Translations under genes and position numbers: made by a program
Assembly: GCA_039621445.1 (NCBI GenBank)
Contig: CP154954.1
Location: 27,578,123 to 27,642,122 of the forward strand
Reading direction: 5' to 3'
DNA length: 64,000 nucleotides
Source of the DNA: Euglena gracilis
Lineage: Eukaryota
The notes under the pieces: model-generated
The model's database searches: none
What the model was told of the DNA's origin: nothing
The model's input: the letters and a program-made list of their open reading frames with translations, nothing else
In this document: piece by piece, positions 1 through 11,500 of the stretch
Numbering within the stretch: the first letter of the stretch is position 1
How the letters are laid out: every line of letters starts with the position of its first letter

Positions 1-449
1 GACCCGTTGGTTTCATGATTGTCGTGGTTTAATGGTAAGAAAAACATGCAGCCGGAAGGTTGGTTGCAAAAAATGAGCACATTTAGATGGGTGCATTCGA
101 CCATTCCGGGGGACATTTACCAGGTCAGCCCAGGTTACCATGTAAAAATGGACCAAATTGGGCCTTACTCCGAGTTAAGGAATGGGTGTTCCAGGAGGCC
201 TCCAAAGTCAGGGGACCCGTTGGTTTCATGATTGTCGTGGTTTAATGGTAAGAAAACATGCAGCGGGAATGTTGGTTGCAAGAAATGAGCACATTTAGAT
301 GGGTGCATTCGACCATTCCGGGGGACATTTACCAGGTCAGCCCAGGTTACCATGTAAAAATGGACCAAATTGGGCCTTACTCCGAGTAACCGAATGGGTG
401 TTCCAGGAGGCCTCCAAAGTCAGGGGACCCGTTGGTTTCATGATTGTCG

Positions 450-1300
450 TGGTTTAATGGTAAGAAAAACATGCAGCGGGAATGTTGGTTGCAAGAAATG
501 AGCACATTTCGATGGGTGCATTCGACCATTCCGGGGGACATTTACCAGGTCAGCCCAGGTTACCACGTAAAAATGGACCAAATTGGGCCTTACTCCGAGT
601 AACCGAATGGGTGTTCCAGGAGGCCTCCAAAGTCAGGGGACCCGTTGGTTTCATGATTGTCGTGGTTTAATGGTAAGAAAGACATGCAGCCGGAAGGTTG
701 GTTGCAAGAAATGAGCAGATTTAGATGGGTGCATTCGACCATTCCGGGGGACATTTACCAGGTCAGCCCAGGTTACCATGTAAAAATGGACCAAATTGGG
801 CCTTACTCCGAGTTACCTAATGGGTGTTCCAGGAGGCCTCCAAAGTCAGGGGACCCGTTGGTTTCATGATTGTCGTGGTTTAATGGTAAGAAAAACATGC
901 AGCGGGAATGTTGGTTGCAAGAAATGAGCACATTTCGATGGGTGCATTCGACCATTCCGGGGGACATTTACCAGGTCAGCCCAGGTTACCACGTAAAAAT
1001 GGACCAAATTGGGCCTTACTCCGAGTAACCGAATGGGTGTTCCAGGAGGCCTCCAAAGTCAGGGGACCCGTTGGTTTCATGATTGTCGTGGTTTAATGGT
1101 AAGAAAGACATGCAGCCGGAAGGTTGGTTGCAAGAAATGAGCAGATTTAGATGGGTGCATTCGACCATTCCGGGGGACATTTACCAGGTCAGCCCAGGTT
1201 ACCATGTAAAAATGGACCAAATTGGGCCTTACTCCGAGTTACCTAATGGGTGTTCCAGGAGGCCTCCAAAGTCAGGGGACCCATTGGTTTCATGATTGTT
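450..1300 (+). repeat. Dimeric (426-bp) higher-order duplication within the 213-bp array
   Basis: Private variants ACATTTCGATG, TACCACGTAA, AAGACATG and TTACCTAAT each occur twice, 426 bp apart. Identical ORF pairs at 482/908 and 657/1083. Confidence 0.9.
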
Positions 1301-1719
1301 GTGGTTTAATGGTAAGAAAAACATGCAGCGGGAATGTCGGTTGCAAGAAATGAGCAGATTTAGATGGGTGCATTCGACCATTCCGGGTGACATTTACCAG
1401 GTCAGCCCAGGTTACCATGTAAAAATGGACCAAATTGGGCCTTACTCCGAGTAACCGAATGGGTGTTCCAGGAGGCCTCCAAAGTCAGGGGACCCGTTGG
1501 TTTCATGATCGTCGTGGTTTAATGGTAAGAAAAACATGCAGCCGGAAGGTTGGTTGCAAGAAATGAGCAGATTTAGATGGGTGCATTCGACCATTCCGGG
1601 GGACATTTACCAGGTCAGCCCAGGTTACCATGTAAAAATGGACCAAATTGGGCCTTACTCCGAGTTACCGAATGGGTGTTCCAGGAGGCCTCCAAAGTCA
1701 GGGGACCCGTTGGTTTCAT

Positions 1720-4060
1720 GATCGTCGTGGATTAATGGTAAGAAAAACATGCAGCCGGAAGGTTGGTTGCAAGAAATGAGCAGATTTAGATGGGTGCATG
1801 CGACCATTCCGGGGGACATTTACCAGGTCATCCCAGGTTACCATGTAAAAATGGACCAAATTGGGCCTTACTCCGAGTAACCGAATGGGTGTTCCAGGAG
1901 GCCTCCAAAGTCAGGGGACCCGTTGGTTTCATGATCGTCGTGGTTTAATTGTAAGAGAAACATGCAGCCGGAAGGTTGGTTGCAAGAAATGAGCAGATTT
2001 AGATGGGTGCATTCGACCATTCCGGGGGACATTTACCAGGTCAGCCCAGGTTACCATGTAAAAATGGACCAAATTGGGCCGTACTCCGAGTTACCGAATG
2101 GGTGTTCCAGGAGGCCTCCAAAGTCCGGGGACCCGTTGGTATCATGATTGTCGTGATTTAATAATAAGAAAAACATGCAGCCGGAAGGTTTGTTGCAAGA
2201 AATGAGCAGATTTAGATGGGTGCATTTGACCATTCCGGGGGACATTTACCAGGTCAGCCCAGGTTACCATGTAAAAATGGACCAAATTGGGCCGTACTCC
2301 GAGTTACCGAACGGGTGTTCCAGGAGGCCTCCAAAGTCAGGGGACCCGTTGGTTTCATGATTGTCGTGGTTTAATGGTAAGAAAAACATGCAGCCGGAAG
2401 TTTGGTTGCAAGAAATGAGCACATTTAGATGGGTGCATTCGACCATTCCGGGGGACATTTACCGGGTCAGCCCAGGTTACCATGTAAAAATGGACCAAAT
2501 TGGGCCTTACTCCGAGTAACCGAATGGGTGTTCCAGGAGGCCTCCAAAGTCAGGGGACCCGTTGGTTTCATGATTGTCGTGGTTTAAAAGGGAAGAAAAA
2601 CATGCAGCCGGAAGGTTGGTTGCAAGAAATGAGCAGATTTAGATGGGTGCATTCGACCATTCCGGGGGACATTTACCAGGTCAGCCCAGGTTACCATGTA
2701 AAAATGGACCAAATTGGGCCTTACTCCGAGTTGCCGAATGGTTGTTCCAGGAGGCCTCCAAAGTCAGGGGACCCGTTGTTTTCATGATTGTTGTGGTTTA
2801 ATGGTAAGAAAAAACATGCAGCGGGAATGTCGGTTGCAAGAAATGAGCAGATTTAGATGGGTGCATTCGACCATTCCGGGGGACATTTACCAGGTCTGCC
2901 CAGGTTACCATGTAAAAATGGACCAATTTGGGCCTTACTCCGAGTAACCGAATGGGTGTTCCAGGAGGCCTCCAAAGTCAGGGGACCCGTTGGTTTCATG
3001 ATCGTCGTGGTTTAATGGTAAGAAAAACATGCAGCCGGAAGGTTGGTTGCAAGAAATGAGCAGATTTAGATGGGTGCATGCGACCATTCCGGGGGACATT
3101 TACCAGGTCAGCCCAGGTTACCATGTAAAAATGGACCAAATTGGGCCTTACTCCGAGTAACCGAATGGGTGTTCCAGGAGGCCTCCAAAGTCAGGGGACC
3201 CGTTGGTTTCATGATCGTCGTGGTTTAATTGTAAGAGAAACATGCAGCCGGAAGGTTCGTTGCAAGAAATGAGCAGATTTAGATGGGTGCATTCGACCAT
3301 TCCGGGGGACATTTACCAGGTCAGCCCAGGTTACCATGTAAAAATGGACCAAATTGGGCCGTACTCCGAGTTACCGAATGGGTGTTCCAGGAGGCCTCCA
3401 AAGTCCGGGGACCCGTTGGTATCATGATTGTCGTGATTTAATAGTAAGAAAAACATGCAGCCGGAAGGTTGGTTGCAAGAAATGAGCAGATTTAGATGGG
3501 TGCATTTGACCATTCCGGGGGACATTTACCAGGTCAGCCCAGGTTACCATGTAAAAATGGACCAAATTGGGCCGTACTCCGAGTTACCGAACGGGTGTTC
3601 CAGGAGGCCTCCAAAGTCAGGGGACCCGTTGGTTTCATGATTGTCGTGGTTTAATGGTAAGAAAAACATGCAGCCGGAAGTTTGGTTGCAAGAACTGAGC
3701 ACATTTAGATGGGTGCATTCGACCATTCCGGGGAACATTTACCGGGTCAGCCCAGGTTACCATGTAAAAATGGACCAAATTGGGCCTTACTCCGAGTAAC
3801 CGAATGGGTGTTCCAGGAGGCCTCCAAAGTCAGGGACCCGTTGGTTTCATGATTGTCGTGGTTTAAAGGTAAGAAAAACATGCAGCCGGAAGGTTGGTTG
3901 CAAGAAATGAGCAGATTTAGATGGGTGCATTCGACCATTGCGGGGGACATTTACCAGGTCAGCCCAGGTTACCATGTAAAAATGGACCAAATTGGGCCTT
4001 ACTCCGAGTTGCCGAATGGGTGTTCCAGGAGGCCTCCAAAGTCCGGGGACCCGTTGGTAT
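1720..4060 (+). repeat. Six-monomer (1280-bp) higher-order duplication within the left 213-bp array
   Basis: Variants CATGCGACC, TTAATTGTAAGAGAAA, GTATCATG/GTGATTT, AAGTTTGG and GAGTTGCCG recur in the same order about 1280 bp apart (ORF pairs 1962/3242, 2175/3455). Boundaries are approximate. Confidence 0.85.
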
Positions 4061-5063
4061 CATGATTGTCGTGATTTAATGGTAAGAAAAACATGCAGCC
4101 GGAAGGTTGGTTGCAAGAAATGAGCAGATTTAGATGGGTGCATGCGACCATTCCGGGGGACATTTACCAGGTCAGCCCAGGTTACCATGTAAAAATGGAC
4201 CAAATTGGGCCGTACTCCGAGTTACCGAACGGGTGTTCCAGGAGGCCTCCAAAGTCAGGGGACCCGTTGGTTTCATGATTGTCGTGGTTTAATGGTAAGA
4301 AAACCATGCAGCGGGAAGGTTGGTTGCAAGAAATGAGCAGATTTAGATGGGTGCATTCAACCTTTCCGGGGGACATTTATTTACCAGGTCAGCCCAGGTT
4401 ACCATGTAAAAATGGACCAAATTGGGCCTTACTCCGAGTAACCGAATGGGTGTTCCAGGAGGACTCCAAAGTCAGGGGACCCGTTGTTTTCATGATTGTC
4501 GTGGTTTAATGGTAAGAAAAACATGCAGCCGGAAGGTTGGTTGCAAGAAATGAGCAGATTTAGATGGGTGCATTCGACCATTCCGGGGGACATTTACCAG
4601 GTCAGCCCAGGTTACCATGTAAAAATGGACCAAATTGGGCCTTACTCCGAGTAACCGAATGGGTGTTCCAGGAGGCCTCCAAAGTCAGGGGACCCGTTGG
4701 TTTCATGATTGTCGTGGTTTGATGGTAAGAAAACCATGCAGCGGGAAGGTTGGTTGCAAGAAATGAGCAGATTTAGATGGGTGCATTCAACCTTTCCGGG
4801 GGACATTTATTTACCAGGTCAGCCCAGGTTACCATGTAAAAATGGACCAAATTGGGCCTTACTCCTTTGAGTGCCCATTCTTGGCTTGGACCCAGTGTCT
4901 CACTTTTGACTTTTCTTGCATTGAACTTTTCAAAACTTCCAGCACAGCACAAACAAAGACAGGACTTCTTGGAGGTTCAATCAGTGACCCACGCAACCAG
5001 TGTAAGCATTTTGCTCCCTACAGAACAATTGGCGTTCTTCAATGACTTTGCAATCTTGAATTA

Positions 5064-5162
5064 GGAATTGCAGACTTGGCGAATCCTACACCCCCTTCCT
5101 TCAGAACATTCCTTGGAATGTCAATTGGCATTCGCAGGTCAAATTTGCCAAGTCGAAATTCC
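5064..5162. repeat. Concentric nested inverted repeat (hairpin 1 of spacer)
   Basis: ACATTCC-TT-GGAATGT (5106-5121) lies inside GACTTGGCGAAT (5073-5084)/ATTTGCCAAGTC (5143-5154, 11/12 complementary), which lies inside GGAATT (5064-5069)/AATTCC (5157-5162). All are centred at 5113-5114. Confidence 0.85.
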
Positions 5163-5192
5163 AACCTCGCCCTGATCTGCCCGCCCCCCCCC

Positions 5193-5289
5193 CATGTGCC
5201 CGAATTGTCACCCCCCCCTGGGCAGTCATCCCTGGGCCCTGGGGGGGGGCCAACAAAAATGTACCCTGGAGGGAATTCGGGCAATCATG
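5193..5289. repeat. Nested inverted repeat (hairpin 2 of spacer)
   Basis: Perfect 10-bp inverted repeat TGCCCGAATT (5197-5206)/AATTCGGGCA (5274-5283), flanked by CATG on both sides. It encloses C8-T-GGGC (5211-5223)/GCCC-T-G9 (5236-5249). Confidence 0.85.
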
Positions 5290-5568
5290 AAAAGGGGATC
5301 CTGATTTTTGTGCCCAGAATTGGGCAGCCAAAAAAAGGAATTGTGGGCAAAAATCTGGGCAAGGCGGAAAATCTTCAGCTCCAAATGTCTTTATCCACTG
5401 GTCAGTTATGTGCCCTGCCGTACATCTGTGCCCATGTGGGCAAAACAGAGAACCCCCCCCCTTTTTGCCCTGACCCTTCCCCAACTGGGCAATGACATCC
5501 ATCTCTTTGGTGCCTGCCCTGTTTGAGGGAAATCTGGGCAAATCAAAAGGGGAAAACCCAAAAGCAAA

Positions 5569-8500
5569 GGAGTAAGGCCCAATTTGGTCCATTTTTACAT
5601 GGTAACCTGGGCTGACCTGGTAAATGTCACCCGGAATGGTCGAATGCACTCATCTAAATCTGCTCATTTCTTGCAACCAACATTCCGGCTGCATGTTTCT
5701 CTACCATTAAACCACGACAATCATGAAACCAACGGGTCCCCTGACTTTGGAGGCCTCCTGGAACACCCATTCGGTTACTCGGAGTAAGGCCCAATTTGGT
5801 CCATTTTTACATGGTAACCTGGGCTGACCTGGTAAATGTCCCCCGGAATGGTCGAATGCACCCATCTAAATGTGCTCATTTCTTGCAACCAACCTTCCGG
5901 CTGCATGTTTTTCTTACCATTAAACCACGACAATCATGAAACCAACGGGTCCCCTGACTTTGGAGGCCTCCTGGAACACCCATTCGGTTACTCGGAGTAA
6001 GGCCCAATTTGGTCCATTTTTACATGGTAACCTGGGCTGACCTGGTAAATGTCCCCCGGAATGGTCGAATGCACCCATCTAAATCTGCTCATTTCTTGCA
6101 ACCAACCTTCCGGCTGCATGTTTTTCTTACCATTAAACCACGACAATCATGAAACCAACGGGTCCCCTGACTTTGGAGGCCGCCTGGAACACCCATTCGG
6201 TTACTCGGAGTAAGGCCCAATTTGGTCCATTTTTACATGGTAACCTGGGCTGACCTGGTAAATGTCCGCCGGAATGGTCGAATGCACTCATCTAAATGTG
6301 CTCATTTCTTGCAACCAACATTCCCGCTGCATGTTTCCCTTACCATTAAACCACTACAATCATGAAACCAACGGGTCCCCTGACTTTGGAGGCCTCCTGG
6401 AACACCCATTCGGTTACTCGGAGTAAGGCCCAATTTGGTCCATTTTTACATGGTAACCTGGGCTGACCTGGTAAATGTCCCCCGGAATGGTCGAATGCAC
6501 CCATCTAAATCTGCTCATTTCTTGCAACCAACCTTCCGGCTGCATGTTTTTCTTACCATTAAACCACGACAATCATGAAACCAACGGGTCCCCTGACTTT
6601 GGAGGCCTCCTGGAACAACCGTTTGGTTACTCGGAGTAAGGCCCAATTTGGTCCATTTTTACATGGTAACCTGGGCTGACCTGGTAAATGTCCCCCGGAA
6701 TGGTCGAATGCACCCATCTAAATGTGCTCATTTCTTGCAACCAACATTCCCGCTGCATGTTTTCCTTACCATTAAACCACTACAATCATGAAACCAACGG
6801 GTCCCCTGACTTTGGAGGCCTCCTGGAACACCCATTCGGTTACTCGGAGTAAGGCCCAATTTGGTCCATTTTTACATGGTAACCTGGGCTGACCTGGTAA
6901 ATGTCCCCCGGAATGGTCGAATGCACCCATCTAAATCTGCTCATTTCTTGCAACCAACCTTCCGGCTGCATGTTTTTCTTACCATTAAACCACGACAATC
7001 ATGAAACCAACGGGTCCCCTGACTTTGGAGGCCGCCTGGAACACGCATTCGGTTACTCGGAGTAAGGCCCAATTTGGTCCATTTTTACATGGTAACCTGG
7101 GCTGACCTGGTAAATGTCCCCCGGAATGGTCGAATGCACCCATCTAAATGTGCTCATTTCTTGCAACCAACATTCCCGCTGCATGTTTTCCTTACCATTA
7201 AACCACTACAATCATGAAACCAACGGGTCCCCTGACTTTGGAGGCCTCCTGGAACACCCATTCGGTTACTCGGAGTAAGGCCCAATTTGGTCCATTTTTA
7301 CATGGTAACCTGGGCTGACCGGTAAATGTCCCCCGGAATGGTCGAATGCACCCATCTAAATGTGCTCATTTCTTGCAACCAACCTTCCGGCTGCATGTTT
7401 TTCTTACCATTAAACCACGACAATCATGAAACCAACGGGTCCCCTGACTTTGGAGGCCTCCTGGAACACCCATTCGGTTACTCGGAGTAAGGCCCAATTT
7501 GGTCCATTTTTACATGGTAACCTGGGCTGACCTGGTAAGTGTCCCCCGGGATGGTCGACTGCACCCATCTAAATCTGCTCATTTCTTGCAACCAACCTTC
7601 CGGCTGCATGTTTTTCTTACCATTAAACCACGAAAATCATGAAACCAACGGGTCCCCTGACTTTGGAGGCCGCCTGGAACACCCATTCGGTTACTCGGAG
7701 TAAGGCCCAATTTGGTCCATTTTTACATAGTAACCTGGGCTGACCTGGTAAATGTCCGCCGGAATGGTCGAATGCACCCATCTAAATGTGCTCATTTCTT
7801 GCAACCAACATTCCCGCTGCATGTTTTCCTTACCATTAAACCACTACAATCATGAAACCAACGGGTCCCCTGACTTTGGAGGCCTCCTGGAACACCCATT
7901 CGGTTACTCGGAGTAAGGCCCAATTTGGTCCATTTTTACATGGTAACCTGGGCTGACCTGGTAAATGTCCCCCGGAACGGTCGAATGCACCCGTCTAAAT
8001 GTGCTCATTTCTTGCAACCAGCCTTCCGGCTGCATGTTTTCTTACCATTAAACCAGGGACAATCATGAAACCAACGGGTCCCCTGACTTTGGAGGCCGCC
8101 TGGAACACCCATTCGGTAAGTCGGAGTAAGGCCCAATTTGGTCCATTTTTACATGGTAACCTGGGCTGACCTGGTAAATGTCCGCCGGAATGGTCGAATG
8201 CACCCATCTAAATGTGCTCATTTCTTGCAACCAACATTCCCGCTGCATGTTTTCCTTACCATTAAACCACTACAATCATGAAACCAACGGGTCCCCTGAC
8301 TTTGGGGGCCTCCTGGAACACCCATTCGGTAACTCGGAGTAAGGCCCAATTTGGTCCACTTTTACATGGTAACCTGGGCTGACCTGGTAAACGTCCCCCG
8401 GGATGGTCGAACTGCACCCATCTAAATGTGCTCATTTCTTGCAACCAACCTTCCGGCTGCGTGTTTCTCTACCATTAAACCACGACAATCATGAAACCAA

Positions 8501-11500
8501 CGGGTCCCCTGACTTTGGAGGCCTCCTGGAACACCCATTCGGTTACTCGGAGTAAGGCCCAATTTGGTCCATTTTTGCATGGTAACCTGGGCTGACCTGG
8601 TAAATGTCCCCCGGAATGGTCGAATGCACCCATCTAAATGTGCTCATTTCTTGCAACCAACCTTCCGGCTGCCTGTTTCTCTACCATTAAACCACGACAA
8701 TCATGAAACCAACGGGTCCCCCTACTTTGGAGGCCTCCTGGAACACCCATTCGGTTACTCGGAGTAAGGCCCAATTTGGTCCATTTTTACATGGTAACCA
8801 GGGCTGACCTGGTAAATGTCCCCCGGAATGGTCGAATGCACTCATCTAAATCTGCTCATTTCTTGCAACCAACCTTCCGGCTGCATGTTTTTCTTACCAT
8901 TAAACCACTACAATCATGAAACCAACGGGTCCCCTGACTTTGGGGGCCTCCTGGAACACCCATTCGGTAACTCGGAGTAAGGCCCAATTTGGTCCATTTT
9001 TACATGGTAACCTGGGCTGACCTGGTAAATGTCCCCCGGAATGGTCGAATGCACCCATCTAAATCTGCTCATTTCTTGCAACCAACCTTCCGGCTGCATG
9101 TTTTTCTTACCATTAAACCACGACAATCATGAAACCAACGGTTCCCCTGACTTTGGAGGCCTCCTGGAACACCCATTCGGTTACTCGGAGTAAGGCCCAA
9201 TTTGGTCCATTTTTACATGGTAACCTGGGCTGACCTGGTAAACGTCCCCCGGAATGGTCGAATGCACCCATCTAAATGTGCTCATTTCTTGCAACCAACC
9301 TTCCGGCTGCATGTTTTGCTTACCATTAAACCACGACAATCATGAAACCAACGGGTCCCCTGACTTTGGAGGCCTCCTGGAACACCCATTCGGTTACTCG
9401 GAGTAAGGCCCAATTTGGTCCATTTTTACATGGTAACCTGGGCTGACCTGGTAAATGTCCCCCGGAATGGTCGAATGCACTCATATAAATCTGCTCCTGT
9501 CTTGCAACCACCCTTCCGGCTGCATGTTTCTCTACCATTAAACCACGACAATCATGAAACCAACGGGTCCCCTGACTTTGGAGGCCTCCTGGAACACCCA
9601 TTCGGTAACTCGGAGTAAGGCCCAATTTGGTCCATTTTTACATGGTAACCTGGGCTGACCTGGTAAATGTCCGCCGGAATGGTCGAATGCACCCGTCTAA
9701 ATGTGCTCATTTCTTGCAACCAGCCTTCCGGCTGCATGTTTTCTTACCATTAAACCAGGGACAATCATGAAACCAACGGGTCCCCTGACTTTGGAGGCCG
9801 CCTGGAACACCCATTCGGTAAGTCGGAGTAAGGCCCAATTTGGTCCATTTTTACATGGTAACCTGGGCTGACCTGGTAAATGTCCGCCGGAATGGTCGAA
9901 TGCACCCATCTAAATGTGCTCATTTCTTGCAACCAACATTCCCGCTGCATGTTTTCCTTACCATTAAACCACTACAATCATGAAACCAACGGGTCCCCTG
10001 ACTTTGGGGGCCTCCTGGAACACCCATTCGGTAACTCGGAGTAAGGCCCAATTTGGTCCATTTTTACATGGTAACCTGGGCTGACCTGGTAAACGTCCCC
10101 CGGGATGGTCGAATGCACCCATCTAAATGTGCTCATTTCTTGCAACCAACCTTCCGGCTGCATGTTTTTCTTACCATTAAACCACGACAATCATGAAACC
10201 AACGGGTCCCCTGACTTTGGAGGCCTCCTGGAACACCCATTCGGTTACTCGGAGTAAGGCCCAATTTGGTCCATTTTTACATGGTAACCTGGGCTGACCT
10301 GGTAAATGTCCCCCGGAATGGTCGAATGCACTCATATAAATCTGCTCCTGTCTTGCAACCACCCTTCCGGCTGCATGTTTCTCTACCATTAAACCACGAC
10401 AATCATGAAACCAACGGGTCCCCTGACTTTGGAGGCCTCCTGGAACACCCATTCGGTTACTCGGAGTAAGGCCCAATTTGGTCCATTTTTACATGGTAAC
10501 CTGGGCTGACCTGGTAAATGTCCGCCGGAATGGTCGAATGCACCCATCTAAATGTGCTCATTTCTTGCAACCAACATTCCCGCTGCATGTTTTTCTTACC
10601 ATTAAACCACGACAATCATGTAACCAACGGTCCCCTGACTTTGGAGGCCGCCTGGAACACCCATTCGGTTACTCGGAGTAAGGCCCAATTTGGTCCATTT
10701 TTACATGGTAACCTGGGCTGACCTGGTAAATGTCCCCCGGAATGGTCGAATGCACCCGTCTAAATGTGCTCATTTCTTGCAACCAGCCTTCCGGCTGCAT
10801 GTTTTCTTACCATTAAACCAGGGACAATCATGAAACCAACGGGTCCCCTGACTTTGGAGGCCGCCTGGAACACCCATTCGGTAAGTCGGAGTAAGGCCCA
10901 ATTTGGTCCATTTTTACATGGTAACCTGGGCTGACCTGGTAAATGTCCCCCGGAATGGTCGAATGCACCCATCTAAATCTGCTCATTTCTTGCAACCAGC
11001 ATTCCCGCTGCATGTTTTTCTTACCATTAAACCACGACAATCATGAAACCAACGGGTCCCCTGACTTTGGAGGCCTCCTGGAACACCCATTCGGTTACTC
11101 GGAGTAAGGCCCAATTTGGTCCATTTTTACATGGTAACCTGGGCTGACCTGGTAAATGTCCCCCGGAATGGTCGAATGCACCCGTCTAAATGTGCTCATT
11201 TCTTGCAACCAGCCTTCCGGCTGCATGTTTTCTTACCATTAAACCAGGGACAATCATGAAACCAACGGGTCCCCTGACTTTGGAGGCCGCCTGGAACACC
11301 CATTCGGTTACTCGGAGTAAGGCCCAATTTGGTCCATTTTTACATGGTAACCTGGGCTGACCTGGTAAATGTCCCCCGGAATGGTCGAATGCACCCATCT
11401 AAATCTGCTCATTTCTTGCAACCAACATTCCCGCTGCATGTTTTTCTTACCATTAAACCACGACAATCATGAAACCAACGGGTCCCCTGACTTTGGAGGC

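Larger units (their letters stand above)
1..4865 (+). repeat. 213-bp satellite array, left arm (about 23 monomers, truncated by window start)
   Basis: Motif TGGGCCTTACTCCGAG recurs at 371, 584 and onward with a 213-bp period (occasionally 212, 214 or 217). The array ends abruptly at ...GGGCCTTACTCC (4865). Strand only denotes monomer orientation. Confidence 0.98.
4866..5568. other. 703-bp unique spacer separating the two inverted 213-bp arrays; rich in inverted repeats and TGCCC/GGGCA motifs; possible non-autonomous transposon core or structured element
   Basis: The only non-tandem sequence in the window. It starts TTTG (4866-4869) and ends CAAA (5565-5568), contains C10, C8 and G9 runs and several hairpins, and has no recognisable ORF. 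The block and its boundaries are certain; its identity is not. Confidence 0.9.

Noticed and set aside
4866-5568. Simple transposon insertion into a satellite with target-site duplication
   Set aside because: The flanks are inverted, not direct: the same half of the monomer lies on both sides, so a plain insertion cannot explain the orientation switch.
4842-5649. ORFs across the spacer (139 aa +, 182 aa -, 81 aa -) as a transposase or other gene
   Set aside because: They are short and mutually overlapping, their Pro/Gly content comes from homopolymer tracts, some start inside the satellite, and I recognise no catalytic motif.
5600-5660. tRNA/SINE- or 5S-derived monomer (GGTCGAATGC resembling a Pol III B box)
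   Set aside because: It is a poor match to GTTCGANNC, with no convincing A box, no cloverleaf and no similarity I recognise to 5S rRNA or snRNAs.
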